Source: a virus. Taken from it: 64,000 bases of DNA. Numbering within the stretch: the first letter of the stretch is position 1; each line of letters opens with the position of its first letter. The notes beneath the pieces were generated by a model that was not told the origin of the DNA, ran no database searches, and saw only the letters and a program-made list of their open reading frames with translations. A program made the translations under genes and the position numbers. Location: the IMG/VR virus record IMGVR_UViG_3300009193_000002, one strand, 5' to 3'. Below, one piece after another: positions 28,401 through 36,600 of this stretch.

Positions 28401-31036
28401 GTGTTCTCCATCAAATCAGCATCGCTGTGTTTGTTTGGATTTACCTCGGTCGCTGTAATTTGGTAGGCGTTGGCCACCTCTCCAGATTCTTCGATGTTGG
28501 CAATACGGTAGAGTTTAGGTAAGCCCACGCTTGACGTCGGCGTGCTTTCACTATTCTTGATATAAACGACCGGATACTCAGCAATCTCAGTTGGTGCGGG
28601 GAAAGAAACTACGCCCTGAACAGTTCTCCACGGATTGGGCCCAAAGTTAATTAGTTCAGCATTAACCCCATTAGCAACGTCCACCCATACCCTAGGGGTG
28701 GTTCCATCCGTATTGCGGTAATCGTGCAGAATTTCAGTCGTAGTGTTGTCGGTAATCGTGAAGGATTTTAGGTCGCCTTTGAACGGACGAGCATAACCAT
28801 TCAAGTCATCCCCAATGAAAAGGAACTTTAAATTTGCTAAGACATCGCTGCCCGACTCAGTAGCACTGTCTACAAAAGTCCCATCTTCTAAATAGACGCT
28901 TATGCTTACTTGCAAACCGGATTGAATAGTTAACTCAATCTTGTAAACGGTATCCACGGAGAGTCCTAGTATCCCACTATTTCTAAACCCTACCCCAGAG
29001 GTTCCTCTTCTTACAAAGAAGACTAACCCTTGAGGGTCGTCATACCAGACAACTAAATCCGTTTCATTGAATGCTGCTTTGCTTTGAAACAAGCCGTAGT
29101 CTTTATTAAGCAAGGCGGCAAAAGAGCCCACCCAAGTAAACGTAGTATCGGTCAGCGGGATATCGACCACAGGCAAACTTAAGCGGTCATTGCTGCCATC
29201 AAATCTCAGCGGAGTGAGAGCTTGAGTTGCTCCGACCGTTAACTCCGTAATCGGTACCATTTCATCTTGAATACCAATCGTTGTCTGGAACTCATAATCT
29301 TGATCAAAGCCCTGCAGCGTGACGTCATACGTTCCCGCTTGAGCAAAGTAAAGTGGGTCTCTAACGCGTATCACACCATTAGAAAGCTCAACGCTGCGGC
29401 CTGACAAAGCATTCCCCATGTCAGGGTCAACAACGGCAATAACATCGAAAACCTCCATGTAATAACCAAGCATAGGCAGGGTGAACGAAATCGTTTTTAT
29501 TTCTGTTTGCGCTGTACGCATATACAAGAAACGTTTTCTATCAGCCTCCCACGCAGAAGTTGTCCCCACTGCATCGAACTCAAATCGATTGTAGCCATGC
29601 TTGGCTATCGACTCTTCATCTCGAATTTCAGACAAGACTTGAGGTTGATACTTGTTTTCTTTATCAATGTACTTGGCAGTTACCGCATTGTGTCTGCCTG
29701 TGATGTCGGAGAAAGTATAAGAGAAAGGTGTCCCGCCCTCAGGAGAAATACACATTTCAGGCATTATTGTGATGGTTGGTAACGCTGGCATATCTGAATA
29801 GATTTGAATTTCGCCGTCGTCATTATCCACGGCAATACTGAATGCTGAGGCAAGTATCTGGTTAATAACCCCCATGCCGCTTTGAGACTCAGTGACGATG
29901 GCGTTATACGTATATCTAGCCGCACCCTCAATATTTAAAATCGGGTCGTATAAATCTTTCTCTCCGCTGATAGGATTGTAGCCGTCAGCATACTTCGCTT
30001 TCTCATAAACGGAGAAACGATTCACACGAATTAACGGGTTGTATTTAGCGGCCCCAAAACGGATGTTAGTAATTAATTCATGTGCTATCCAGAAAGGGTT
30101 ATCTGTCCACTGTTTTTCAGCTAAGAAAGTGCCATCCCAAGAAGTACTTTCATCATACGTCTTGGTTACTGGGTCATAGTTAGAGGGAACGGCACAAAGC
30201 AACCCTTTGTAGATAGCATTAATATTAGGTAGGTTCGTTAGTTGCTGCCCTAAAACCCCTGCAACATGCAGCATCGAGTTCCCTGCATGATACTCAAACC
30301 TGTCGCTGGTATAGTCAGGGTTCTCGGTCTGATAGGCGTCACCGGTAAGCTGGACTAATTCATAGGAGGCCCATGAAATTTCAGCGATCCTTTCTTCGTT
30401 AGAGTCTTCAGTGGTGACTGTGACTTTCAATTCATGCTGGGTGTTAGAGTCCCCTCTAGGCACCGTAATAACCGTGCTTTTTACAAAGCCGTTAACGGTA
30501 GTCTTGCCATCCACTTGAAGAAAGGTAGTTTTATATTCCGCCTCACCAACTTCACGATATTCTATGAACATGTTTATTCGAGAGGGCTTAGAGCCGTTAT
30601 CGGTATACTCAACTAGTTGGCTAACGTAAAAGCGAAGCTCTATTTGGTCGTAACCTTCAGGAGTTTTAGACGTGACTTTGGTGACCGTGGCTTGAGAGCT
30701 AAGGCTTAGATTAACCGGCTCACTAACCGTCGCCCCTTTAAAGGCATACATGATAGGTGTCTGACCCATATCAGGGTCATCAATTGCCGTTAACTCGGTG
30801 CCTTTTTCGAAGCGGATAAAGAGTTTACTATCGCTGAAATTTGGCTTACCCGTTGTTGAATAAACTGCTGTGTCATCGATATAAATATTTTTTAATTTCT
30901 CTTCAATGGTATCGCCATCGATGCCACCGATTGGGCCTTCTGAAATGCCCAGTACAAACTCAAATGCGTCTGTGGAAAATAAACTATCTCGGGCATTACT
31001 TCCGCCCCCGCCACCACCAGAACCCTTAAAGTTCAT
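22454..31036 (-). CDS. giant host-specificity (lambda J-like) central tail fibre protein with C-terminal S74-type intramolecular chaperone domain
   Basis: N-terminus DSLFSTDAFEFVLGISEGPIGGI is J-like. C-terminus VGIDESLRRV...LHFIADEAEE...YTRMLPDAYAAIAKQQEIIERLMARVEMLE is chaperone-like. ATG 31036 has GAGAGG 5 nt upstream, whereas the ORF track's TTG 31051 lacks an SD. Confidence 0.85.
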   Translation of the reverse strand: MNFKGSGGGGGGSNARDSLFSTDAFEFVLGISEGPIGGIDGDTIEEKLKNIYIDDTAVYSTTGKPNFSDSKLFIRFEKGTELTAIDDPDMGQTPIMYAFKGATVSEPVNLSLSSQATVTKVTSKTPEGYDQIELRFYVSQLVEYTDNGSKPSRINMFIEYREVGEAEYKTTFLQVDGKTTVNGFVKSTVITVPRGDSNTQHELKVTVTTEDSNEERIAEISWASYELVQLTGDAYQTENPDYTSDRFEYHAGNSMLHVAGVLGQQLTNLPNINAIYKGLLCAVPSNYDPVTKTYDESTSWDGTFLAEKQWTDNPFWIAHELITNIRFGAAKYNPLIRVNRFSVYEKAKYADGYNPISGEKDLYDPILNIEGAARYTYNAIVTESQSGMGVINQILASAFSIAVDNDDGEIQIYSDMPALPTITIMPEMCISPEGGTPFSYTFSDITGRHNAVTAKYIDKENKYQPQVLSEIRDEESIAKHGYNRFEFDAVGTTSAWEADRKRFLYMRTAQTEIKTISFTLPMLGYYMEVFDVIAVVDPDMGNALSGRSVELSNGVIRVRDPLYFAQAGTYDVTLQGFDQDYEFQTTIGIQDEMVPITELTVGATQALTPLRFDGSNDRLSLPVVDIPLTDTTFTWVGSFAALLNKDYGLFQSKAAFNETDLVVWYDDPQGLVFFVRRGTSGVGFRNSGILGLSVDTVYKIELTIQSGLQVSISVYLEDGTFVDSATESGSDVLANLKFLFIGDDLNGYARPFKGDLKSFTITDNTTTEILHDYRNTDGTTPRVWVDVANGVNAELINFGPNPWRTVQGVVSFPAPTEIAEYPVVYIKNSESTPTSSVGLPKLYRIANIEESGEVANAYQITATEVNPNKHSDADLMENTPVPQYSFLNEGILQKVTGLQVSKQEALETDTGVKYNLVVSWDEQTQKRLGTTYEVEIQSHEQNAGNQKILTSTNYVEIDNVGLGQVVILVRTRAGDSVTSPVRIEWYVSRIGIQDFIDAGLSIVTLGNLSKYVFSVSLSLPFTYETSRVVNLLKEDPQLVGHIRVFDTTDPLSPRLILEAESEDGRFNYSSGEFKQFMGEVDYVPTSLTVYGHLRDAFGGRFPVLEEDEIAYPIGVANGDILNLRVALVNSDIDRYKFDWDDTHHGYIVNVLGTNVNNVLSTRTLYENTFSLPTFSDGSGYRVSVQGFDINQNYSRTAYVIFRNNNNVITNGQAPKVDIDNGVIRTTPFVLERPSDTYQFKHGTINDLSLAKDGPDGTTLVIPNTKKGQTQYIWYRQKSPEGLGEWATTSVVADEQTLYDWTVYANSDTGTDISVTRGARTYIGISSGHTNETPELGDPSIYTWVPAVEGVDWLTGSGAPSNNIGKIRTKYLDLDSGDVYTKTGAAEWTLEGNLSGGDGDNWFNGVEDPPSASLGKNGDNYLVTGSGKHYEKVAGSWSLVGVLKGDDGTSVTVSGSSIDGNGDTVVNFSDGSSTTISRGADGIAKGVKAIYATNATGTSASFTEGTREFINLYEWTGTAPTTVPAGLTYARFKGTDGTSSGVVPIYATNSTGTSASYTRGSRTYVNFYEWTGTKPATPPTGLSYLKMVGIDGVRGAGHYYTTGNGPTWDETKANGAVPAPVQIGDRVTISNGSDYSETKVWTGTWEEVGAFIDSNLLVNGNAIANKVFANAVTVSESVTATKGDTSVQISAVDDYPIQVTQNNNIIFAVKQGSGIFDGGIINPSSIKAESLTQGVVDFLRATLGVPVAASGGVLDSPISFTYPNNGSTALVSNFVHGNNPTTISATVRYFSGAGATAPSLADRSATLKIQRKLSSSASGWVDVPNTTTPMILEYTSSTKYNTLSQTETITVIENQAAEEYDYQLVVSSVGSAYTNSVTGTLSVSEEATGGATSSAEANNAQITLQMGSGLSGGGNFTLNQIANETIDLNHADPQAVTRIKGGGGTSLKVVNYIATDGKGHVHNTTNEIDLSLYLAAKSHSHSYLDEVVAGNLDVNSFAAGSKIAVGSTGSWSNRGPQVDNANGLISLHTHSGNYFSQLWFDTTGDNFYHRTASNAAFRPWAKVWTDRSDGEGSGLDADLLDGYQASDLFDDTTDYRQIQSKAGNGSGWVRTPSTGLLPSNSGGASNIGSASWNFLSGYFNTLYEGNQALSLRYLGINSTASNAAKLDNLDSTDFLKSNKANGTPIAAYYLTSASGNVGTKIRLPFNTDSSKMVAFTVRVYQGYQHYDVVFSGYLYSDAPNNWYSPKATMLCSTNANGMFVRMGRDADGRAYVWLAGSNYRGVAVMDVVGGYRTGDWNTGWDISESDSTPNLALDTAIYPPYSPHNPQVNITGNAGSVSGGVYTTGNQTISGVKTFSSTIAGSISGNAGSVTNGVYTSDSRLTDARPPTVLTIGASTASLGLETISSMVGYTQGIPSGAIVGTTSLSDGALYANSYSTLWRHQIIGDYRTGRIAVRGRNNGVWQPWLSPVMSGDTVGSANNVNRSVNAGTGLSGGGTLTSNVTLNAITSGNVFHLAASSGRVVADCNAAAYRESGFYGFNNLPTNGPSSKSYLAMMVARNSDVGFQLAGGFIHDEWYARGWSASGTYRAWKRFLHDGNALEIIKTIDVNGSAGINAGTFDSLGSGSFLRSDVTDYINGLLYLRNDIVVETGYRNRGVFGTYDPAKTQHIWSMGTNYRNAAGGVRTSGSSGERIGSPFGNMYGASYYHPSNGEGTLANGHQFVWCENGVPKVALGQNIWTAGDITALGDIYGVEVTETSALKYKNISHRVGIDESLRRVVALGKKGVAVGSYKDDKTNTLKLHFIADEAEEDFKEAVKYKDGEVDGLSYTRMLPDAYAAIAKQQEIIERLMARVEMLEAKLNG
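26275..26590 (-). repeat. in-frame tandem duplication (~50 aa x2) inside the J-like gene
   Basis: IYATNATGTSASFTEGTREFINLYEWTGTAPTTVPAGLTY and IYATNSTGTSASYTRGSRTYVNFYEWTGTKPATPPTGLSY. Coordinates are approximate. Confidence 0.7.
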
Positions 31037-31061
31037 ACTTACCTCTCTCAATCATCGTCAT
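31026..31061 (-). promoter_or_regulatory. upstream mini-ORF (M-T-M-I-E-R-G-K-Y-E-L-stop) starting in a degenerate TGACGATG block and overlapping the J-like start
   Basis: The minus strand reads AAATGACGATGATTGAGAGAGGTAAGTATGAAC. The block ATG is out of frame with the main ORF. Confidence 0.4.
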
Positions 31062-31078
31062 TTAAATTTTAAGTGCTT

Positions 31079-31810
31079 CTAGGGGTGCAGCCAATCTTCA
31101 TCGCGTGGGCCACCAACAGTTCCACCGCCACCACCCCAAGCACCAAGCCTTCCGGTGGTACCTGTTTCTGTATTTTGGTAGAGGGTTTCCCAAGTATCTC
31201 GCCCTGAATATAGCGTTGAATCCCAAAGGTTGTAAACAAACTCTTCAAAGTCCAAGTCCACACCGTCTCTGGATTCAACGTTAACGCTGATCAAGTGGCC
31301 ACCAAAACGAAACTTACCGAGTATCAGCGCCTTTGGTGTTCCTGAAGCCACCGTATTTGGGTACCGCTGAGCGATTCGACTTTGCCGGTCGTCAGCTTCT
31401 TCCTCATCTGGCATCAATAAGTATTGAACGATGGCACCTATAAGGGTGGCGACCCCTGCTGCTACTAAAGCTGGGCCAACCGTAGGAAACCCAGCCATGG
31501 TTACAACGACACCAACAACAATTAGAACAACCCCGATGATAACTTGCATCTTTTGTTCACCTGAGCCAGTAAACCCTGCTTTAACTTCAGATTCACAAAC
31601 TAGGTTTATTTCATCCCCAACGATGCGGCTTTTCAACGCTGCTATGTCCGCACACTCAATCACCTTGCATACAAACCGTTTAATTTGTTTAAGGGGATTA
31701 AATTTTTCATGCAGTTTCAGCATCTCGATAGCTTCTTCATAGGTTGTCGCTGCAACCTTAAGCTGACTAGGGAAGCTAGAGTCAAACCCCGTTAAGTTAA
31801 TCGTTACCAT
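31079..31810 (-). CDS. tail assembly protein I-like
   Basis: Lies between the K-like and J-like genes. Central hydrophobic G/V/A-rich segment and a glycine-rich C-terminus, as in lambda gpI. Confidence 0.55.
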   Translation of the reverse strand: MVTINLTGFDSSFPSQLKVAATTYEEAIEMLKLHEKFNPLKQIKRFVCKVIECADIAALKSRIVGDEINLVCESEVKAGFTGSGEQKMQVIIGVVLIVVGVVVTMAGFPTVGPALVAAGVATLIGAIVQYLLMPDEEEADDRQSRIAQRYPNTVASGTPKALILGKFRFGGHLISVNVESRDGVDLDFEEFVYNLWDSTLYSGRDTWETLYQNTETGTTGRLGAWGGGGGTVGGPRDEDWLHP

Positions 31811-32147
31811 GTTCAGTCACCTTTTCGATTAATAGTTGGCCATCGGTCATTCTGTAACAAACAACATGTGTCCGACAAATAATAACGTGGGTGATATTAG
31901 GCCACTGCTTGAACGAATTGTAATCAGCAAGGCTAAGATTAGCGTTCCCTGTTGGGTGTGTGTGCCAAGTGCCCGTCATTTTTTCTTGGTACTTTTTGAA
32001 GTCTTTTTCAGAGATTAAAAAGTCGAGCTTTGGATTCTCTGCCTTATTTTCTAATTCAACAATCTGTCCTCGGCCATTGATGATTCCGCATCGCTCGACA
32101 TCATCTACCCAGTACTTGGCTAGGTTGCTTAGTATATTATCTTTCAT
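31797..32147 (-). CDS. MPN/JAMM metalloprotease-domain tail protein (one half of lambda K)
   Basis: GTWHTHPTGNANLSLADYNSF matches the JAMM motif HxHx7Sx2D. Confidence 0.7.
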   Translation of the reverse strand: MKDNILSNLAKYWVDDVERCGIINGRGQIVELENKAENPKLDFLISEKDFKKYQEKMTGTWHTHPTGNANLSLADYNSFKQWPNITHVIICRTHVVCYRMTDGQLLIEKVTEHGND

Positions 32148-32619
32148 TTTTAATCCGCATACGCACCATTGGTGGGAGCTGGCTTTCTAAGGTTGTAATG
32201 GTTTTACTTTCAATCCCCATCAGGACAATAGGGTGTCTCAACACTTTGGAGACGCGAAGGCGCCATTTATAACTATATTCTTCTACTTGGCTACGTTGCC
32301 CTTGAAGGTGGTGAAGTATCTTGTTGTTTCCCACATACACAGCGACGTGGTTATCACAGGGAGACTTTAAAAGATTGATCAACAATACATCTCCCTTTCT
32401 AACATGATTTGAGGAGCAACCCGTGTCCTCAAAGCCTTCTTTGGCAAAAAATTTATTAAAGAAATCGAGTTCTTTCAGCATGTACCAATTTGTTGGACGG
32501 GCGTAGTTGGTCAGTTCCAATCCAAAGCGTGCCGAGAAATAACGCTGTACCAACGTATAACAATCGTTAAAACCGGTTTGGTAGCGTTCACCGAGAAAGG
32601 GTCTAAGTTCAGCATTCAT
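32137..32619 (-). CDS. NlpC/P60 cysteine peptidase-domain tail protein (other half of lambda K)
   Basis: FNDCYTLVQRYF (catalytic Cys), DNHVAVYVGNNKILHH (His). Confidence 0.7.
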   Translation of the reverse strand: MNAELRPFLGERYQTGFNDCYTLVQRYFSARFGLELTNYARPTNWYMLKELDFFNKFFAKEGFEDTGCSSNHVRKGDVLLINLLKSPCDNHVAVYVGNNKILHHLQGQRSQVEEYSYKWRLRVSKVLRHPIVLMGIESKTITTLESQLPPMVRMRIKNER

Positions 32620-33104
32620 AGAACCACCGTTCCATATTCGGGCTGTTCATAGCGAGTGCCGGACAATCTAAATGCGTTCCCGTCTGAACTTTTACGCAGC
32701 TCAACGGTTAGAATATCCCTCGTTAGAGACACCACTTGACTAATAAAAAAGACTTGTTTGTCAAAGCTACCAACCTCTAATTCTAACGGGGAGACTCTAA
32801 ATCGTGTGACAATAGCTCTTTCTAAGAAACCCTTGTCAACGTAAAAAGAATACTGCCCGTCCATATTTGGAAGGTTTAATTTTGGACGACTCAATTCACC
32901 ATCTGAACTATAGGTGTTGCCAACAATCTGAAACGGGGTATTGCTCCATGTATTCCCTCGCCAAATTCGGGTACCAGCATCGGTTAATCGAAAAGCAAAA
33001 GGATTACCCTGAGCGTCTTCCATCACAATTTCAATAAAGGTGATTGGTTCGTGCGGGTTCAAAGATTGAACCTCACGTTTTAAGAGAGGGGAAGGATTTT
33101 TCAT
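32616..33104 (-). CDS. minor tail protein L-like
   Basis: SLNPHEPITFIEI...IWRGNTWSNTPFQIVG..SRPKLNLPN resembles the gpL family. Lies between the M-like and K-like genes. Starts at the ATG of GGAAACTGACGATG. Confidence 0.6.
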   Translation of the reverse strand: MKNPSPLLKREVQSLNPHEPITFIEIVMEDAQGNPFAFRLTDAGTRIWRGNTWSNTPFQIVGNTYSSDGELSRPKLNLPNMDGQYSFYVDKGFLERAIVTRFRVSPLELEVGSFDKQVFFISQVVSLTRDILTVELRKSSDGNAFRLSGTRYEQPEYGTVVL

Positions 33105-33184
33105 CGTCAGTTTCCAAGTTTTAAGTATCTAGTATACGTAAAAATCAAAGAAATTGAAGATATTCCGAAGCCAGAAATAAAGAA

Positions 33185-33233
33185 CCCCGCAGCTAAGGCG
33201 GGGTTGACGTGGAAATTGACGATGATTGAGTAA
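33185..33233 (+). promoter_or_regulatory. orphan hairpin + GGAAATTGACGATG block on the + strand, followed by only a 3-codon ORF
   Basis: CCCCGC-agctaag-GCGGGG (33185-33203), GGAAATTGACGATG (33211-33224), then ATG ATT GAG TAA. It sits inside the minus-strand tail module. Confidence 0.6.
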
Positions 33234-33307
33234 GTAAACTTACTAATCGAGGTCTATATTAACGACTTTTTTATTTTCGTCAATAGCTTTTATTAATATT
33301 TATTATA

Positions 33308-33697
33308 TTAGGTTACTTTTTGTTCTTTTAAACTCGTTGAGATGTTTAAAACCGCCCCATCTCCTCCAGTAACTCCGGTTGGAATTTCTAAAGGGGCACT
33401 GAATTTAACCACCACATCCCCGTGTTGTGGATGTGGATAGACAAAAGCAGTGTGGGTTTCATGCTCTTCGTAGAACGCTTCGAGAGCAGCCATGCTGATT
33501 TGTTGCTCTCGCAGACTCAGCACGGCAAACGGATCAAAGTATTTCATCGCTGAGAAAGAAAGTTGAAACGTTCTTGCTGCAGGGGTATTTGGTTTAATTG
33601 TGTAGTCCCAGTTTCCCCCGAGGGTCATTTTATTTCCTCTGTCTGGGTAACGAGTCGCCGCCTTATGATAAGGGAAATTAAATACTTTAAGTGCCAT
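33308..33697 (-). CDS. minor tail protein M-like
   Basis: Immediately downstream of the tape measure gene. F.FP....TRYPDRGNKMTLGGNWDY..KPN...RTFQLSF resembles the phage minor tail (gpM) family. Confidence 0.6.
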   Translation of the reverse strand: MALKVFNFPYHKAATRYPDRGNKMTLGGNWDYTIKPNTPAARTFQLSFSAMKYFDPFAVLSLREQQISMAALEAFYEEHETHTAFVYPHPQHGDVVVKFSAPLEIPTGVTGGDGAVLNISTSLKEQKVT

Positions 33698-33698
33698 G

Positions 33699-36600
33699 TT
33701 AAATCCTATTCATGCTAATGGAACGAACCAGCTTTTTGATGGTGCCGTTTCTATTTATATTGTCGCTGACAACCGTAACTATGTCGTTCTCGGTTAACCC
33801 TTCTGGTTTTTGGTCAGGGGTTACAACCCAGACGTTGACCGTTTTATCTTGACCGGATGACGGCTTAGTATCCATGCCGACACTGGCCAGCTTAGCTTCA
33901 CTCGATTGAATCGATGAGGGGTCAGCTGAGTTCAATGCTCTCACTGTATCTAAGCCTAAGGCTTGTACAGCACGACGGCGCATAACAAATTCGCCTTTAG
34001 CTACTTTGGCATAGGTAGAATCCCGAGACGTTGACCCTGAAGTTATCTCTCCACCCTTATAGTAAGACCCAGCAATCATCTCCCCTCCGGTATAGGCTGT
34101 CATGTCCGACCCAAAGTTCATGGTAGACGCCCCATCCCCAACCGTATCGCCCGTGCCCCCTAGTAAAGTCATTCCCAAGTTAACCAACAACTGGATTGCT
34201 TTTTTAAAGGCTGCATTCGCCGCTATTCTGAGAACTTCCGTTAATAACCCAGCCATCAGATTCTTAATTGCTCTATGGCCACTCTCTGCGCCCGTAACAA
34301 TAGATACAAAGGTATCTGAGAAGGTCTCCCCCAATCCCTTACCCATCTCGGTTAAGTTCATTACAGAGTCAACCAGAGGATCAAAACCAGTGTAGTACGC
34401 TTGCAGGTCTCCAAGTACAGAGTTTGCCCCGTTTTCTGCAATTTCACCGTACCCCATGCCGCTCCGACTTAAATTAGTCGTGTCCTCAGTGGCATTGTCT
34501 GTGGGGTTGTATCCCTTACCATATAGACGAGCGCCTACCTGCTGCTCACGCGTACTGTTGAAGTTAGACTCAACCAGCTGCTGTTCTAGTAGCTTAAGAC
34601 TATCTTTTAATTCACCAACACCACGCCCAGCATCCCGTGATTTAGTTTCCAGCTTATCCATCTCAAGACTAACTTCACTCACCTTTTCAGCTGCGTCCTG
34701 TGAGGCTTTACGTAACTTATTCTTAGCCTCCCCATCAACAACGTTCTCGTCAGTAAGGATTTTATCGGCTTGAGCTTTTAGCTCATTCAGACTATCAATT
34801 TTGTCTAGCAAGATTTGTCGTTCAGCGGCCAGCTGCTCTTCAGTTAGTTGAGCGATTGTCTGTTGAAGTTGTTGTGCTTTTTCAAACGCAGCTACCCGAG
34901 TTTCATATTCATAGCCTGAACCCGCTTTAGCAATCTCGGTGCTTTGGTCAAACTGGTACTTGGTCTCATCGATATCACGACCAATAGATTCGACGCCACG
35001 CTTACCAATCGTTTCTTGCTGGTCTATTTTGGAATTAGCTTCAGTGATGAAATCGCCCAGCAACTTTTTCAAGTCTCTGTCCGTCAGCTTAGTTTCACCA
35101 TCAGGAATACCCTGACCCGCACGAAGGGATTTACTCACTTCGATTAGGTTGAAGGTTCTGTCCTGACTTTCTGCTAATTTAGCACGTCGTGATTCATTGA
35201 CCTGCAGCTCAGTGATTTCTCTCTGGCGGATGGTGGCATCGTCACCCCCGTTAAGGTCTTTATTAAACTTAACCTCGTTGGTGGTCAATGTTTCTAAAGA
35301 AGCGTAAAGGGTATTCAACTTAGCTTCTAATGCTTCCGACCTTTCTAAATTTTGCTCGTTACTAAACAACGGTGTTAACTCTTCAATCGTTGCTTGGATA
35401 GAAGCTCTCTGGTCTGCCGTTTGTTGTGCAAAAGGGCCAGCGGCTAACTGAGCAGCTGATTTAACAGTGCGCTTGGCGTTGGATATTGAGGTTCCATACT
35501 CCTCGTAATAACCCTCTTTGTTTAGGGTAGCCTCAAGCTGAGTTTTATCAATTCCGCTGGCAAGAAGTACCTCTTTTATTAGTGCTCTGTTTTCTTCGAG
35601 ATTAATAACCTCTTGCTCATACAGTTTCTTAGTGTCTTCATACGCTTGAATATAATCCGTGCCCGTAAGTGTAGACTTTTCACCTTTAGGGGTAACTAAT
35701 CGGTCGCTTATATCTTTACTCCCCACACGGAACGCATTCCCTTCACTCGCAATAGCTCTCCCAGCATCAGTTACCAGCCCTGTTATCTGGTCTCTTTTCG
35801 TTCTATTTTCTTCAGAGTTTTCTTGAAAGCTAGACTCAGCAATCGTTAGTGCATTTACTTTTTGAGCAAAGTCCGATAAGCCTTTTTCCACCTCGGCAAT
35901 CGTTTTTATACCAAACGCACGCCCCTCTTTGTTGAGACCAAAGTATTTTGTAATCGTGTCTTCGTAGTCAGAAACGTTATTCTCTTTAAAATTAACAAAC
36001 TGAGCTTGCATTTCTTTTACTAGTTCTAGCGCACTCCTAAGCCCCTCAAGACTGGTATCACTACCACTTTCAAAATTTCTTACCAGCGTTAAGGCTTCGT
36101 CACGTTTCGCATTAAATCCTTCAAAAGAGCTTCCTTTATTTCTGCTCTCTTGGGTTAGAAATCTTTCAACGCGAGGCATTTGTCTAATATCGTTAAACCC
36201 TAAATTTTCATTGGATGTGTTGTTTAGAATACGACTACTTGAATCCCTCAATTCAGGATTTGCAAGTATATCCTCTTTCATATCCTTAATATTTTCTTGC
36301 AACTTAGAGCGACTTTCACTTTCTAAGAAAAAACGAGCGTCCTTTGTTTGTTCTTCAAACTCAATCATCTTTGCAATAAGTTCGTCGTAGCTCTTAACGT
36401 TTTTACCAATGAACAACCCCTGCTGCTTAAAGTCAGAGTTTAAGTTCTGAATGGTTTGACGCAGCTCTTTAGGATCAGAAAGTCTATCTTGTTTGAAAAT
36501 CAATTCCGAGATGGAGTTGCTAAGTTTATCCACACGCTTATTATAGGACTCAACTTCAGACTCAGCCTTATTATATCCCGCTGTAGAAACATCTAGGTTA

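Noticed and set aside
16367-31036. Repeats in the tail-fibre genes considered as diversity-generating retroelement targets.
   Set aside because: No reverse transcriptase ORF and no template/variable repeat pair with adenine-specific differences was seen anywhere in the window.
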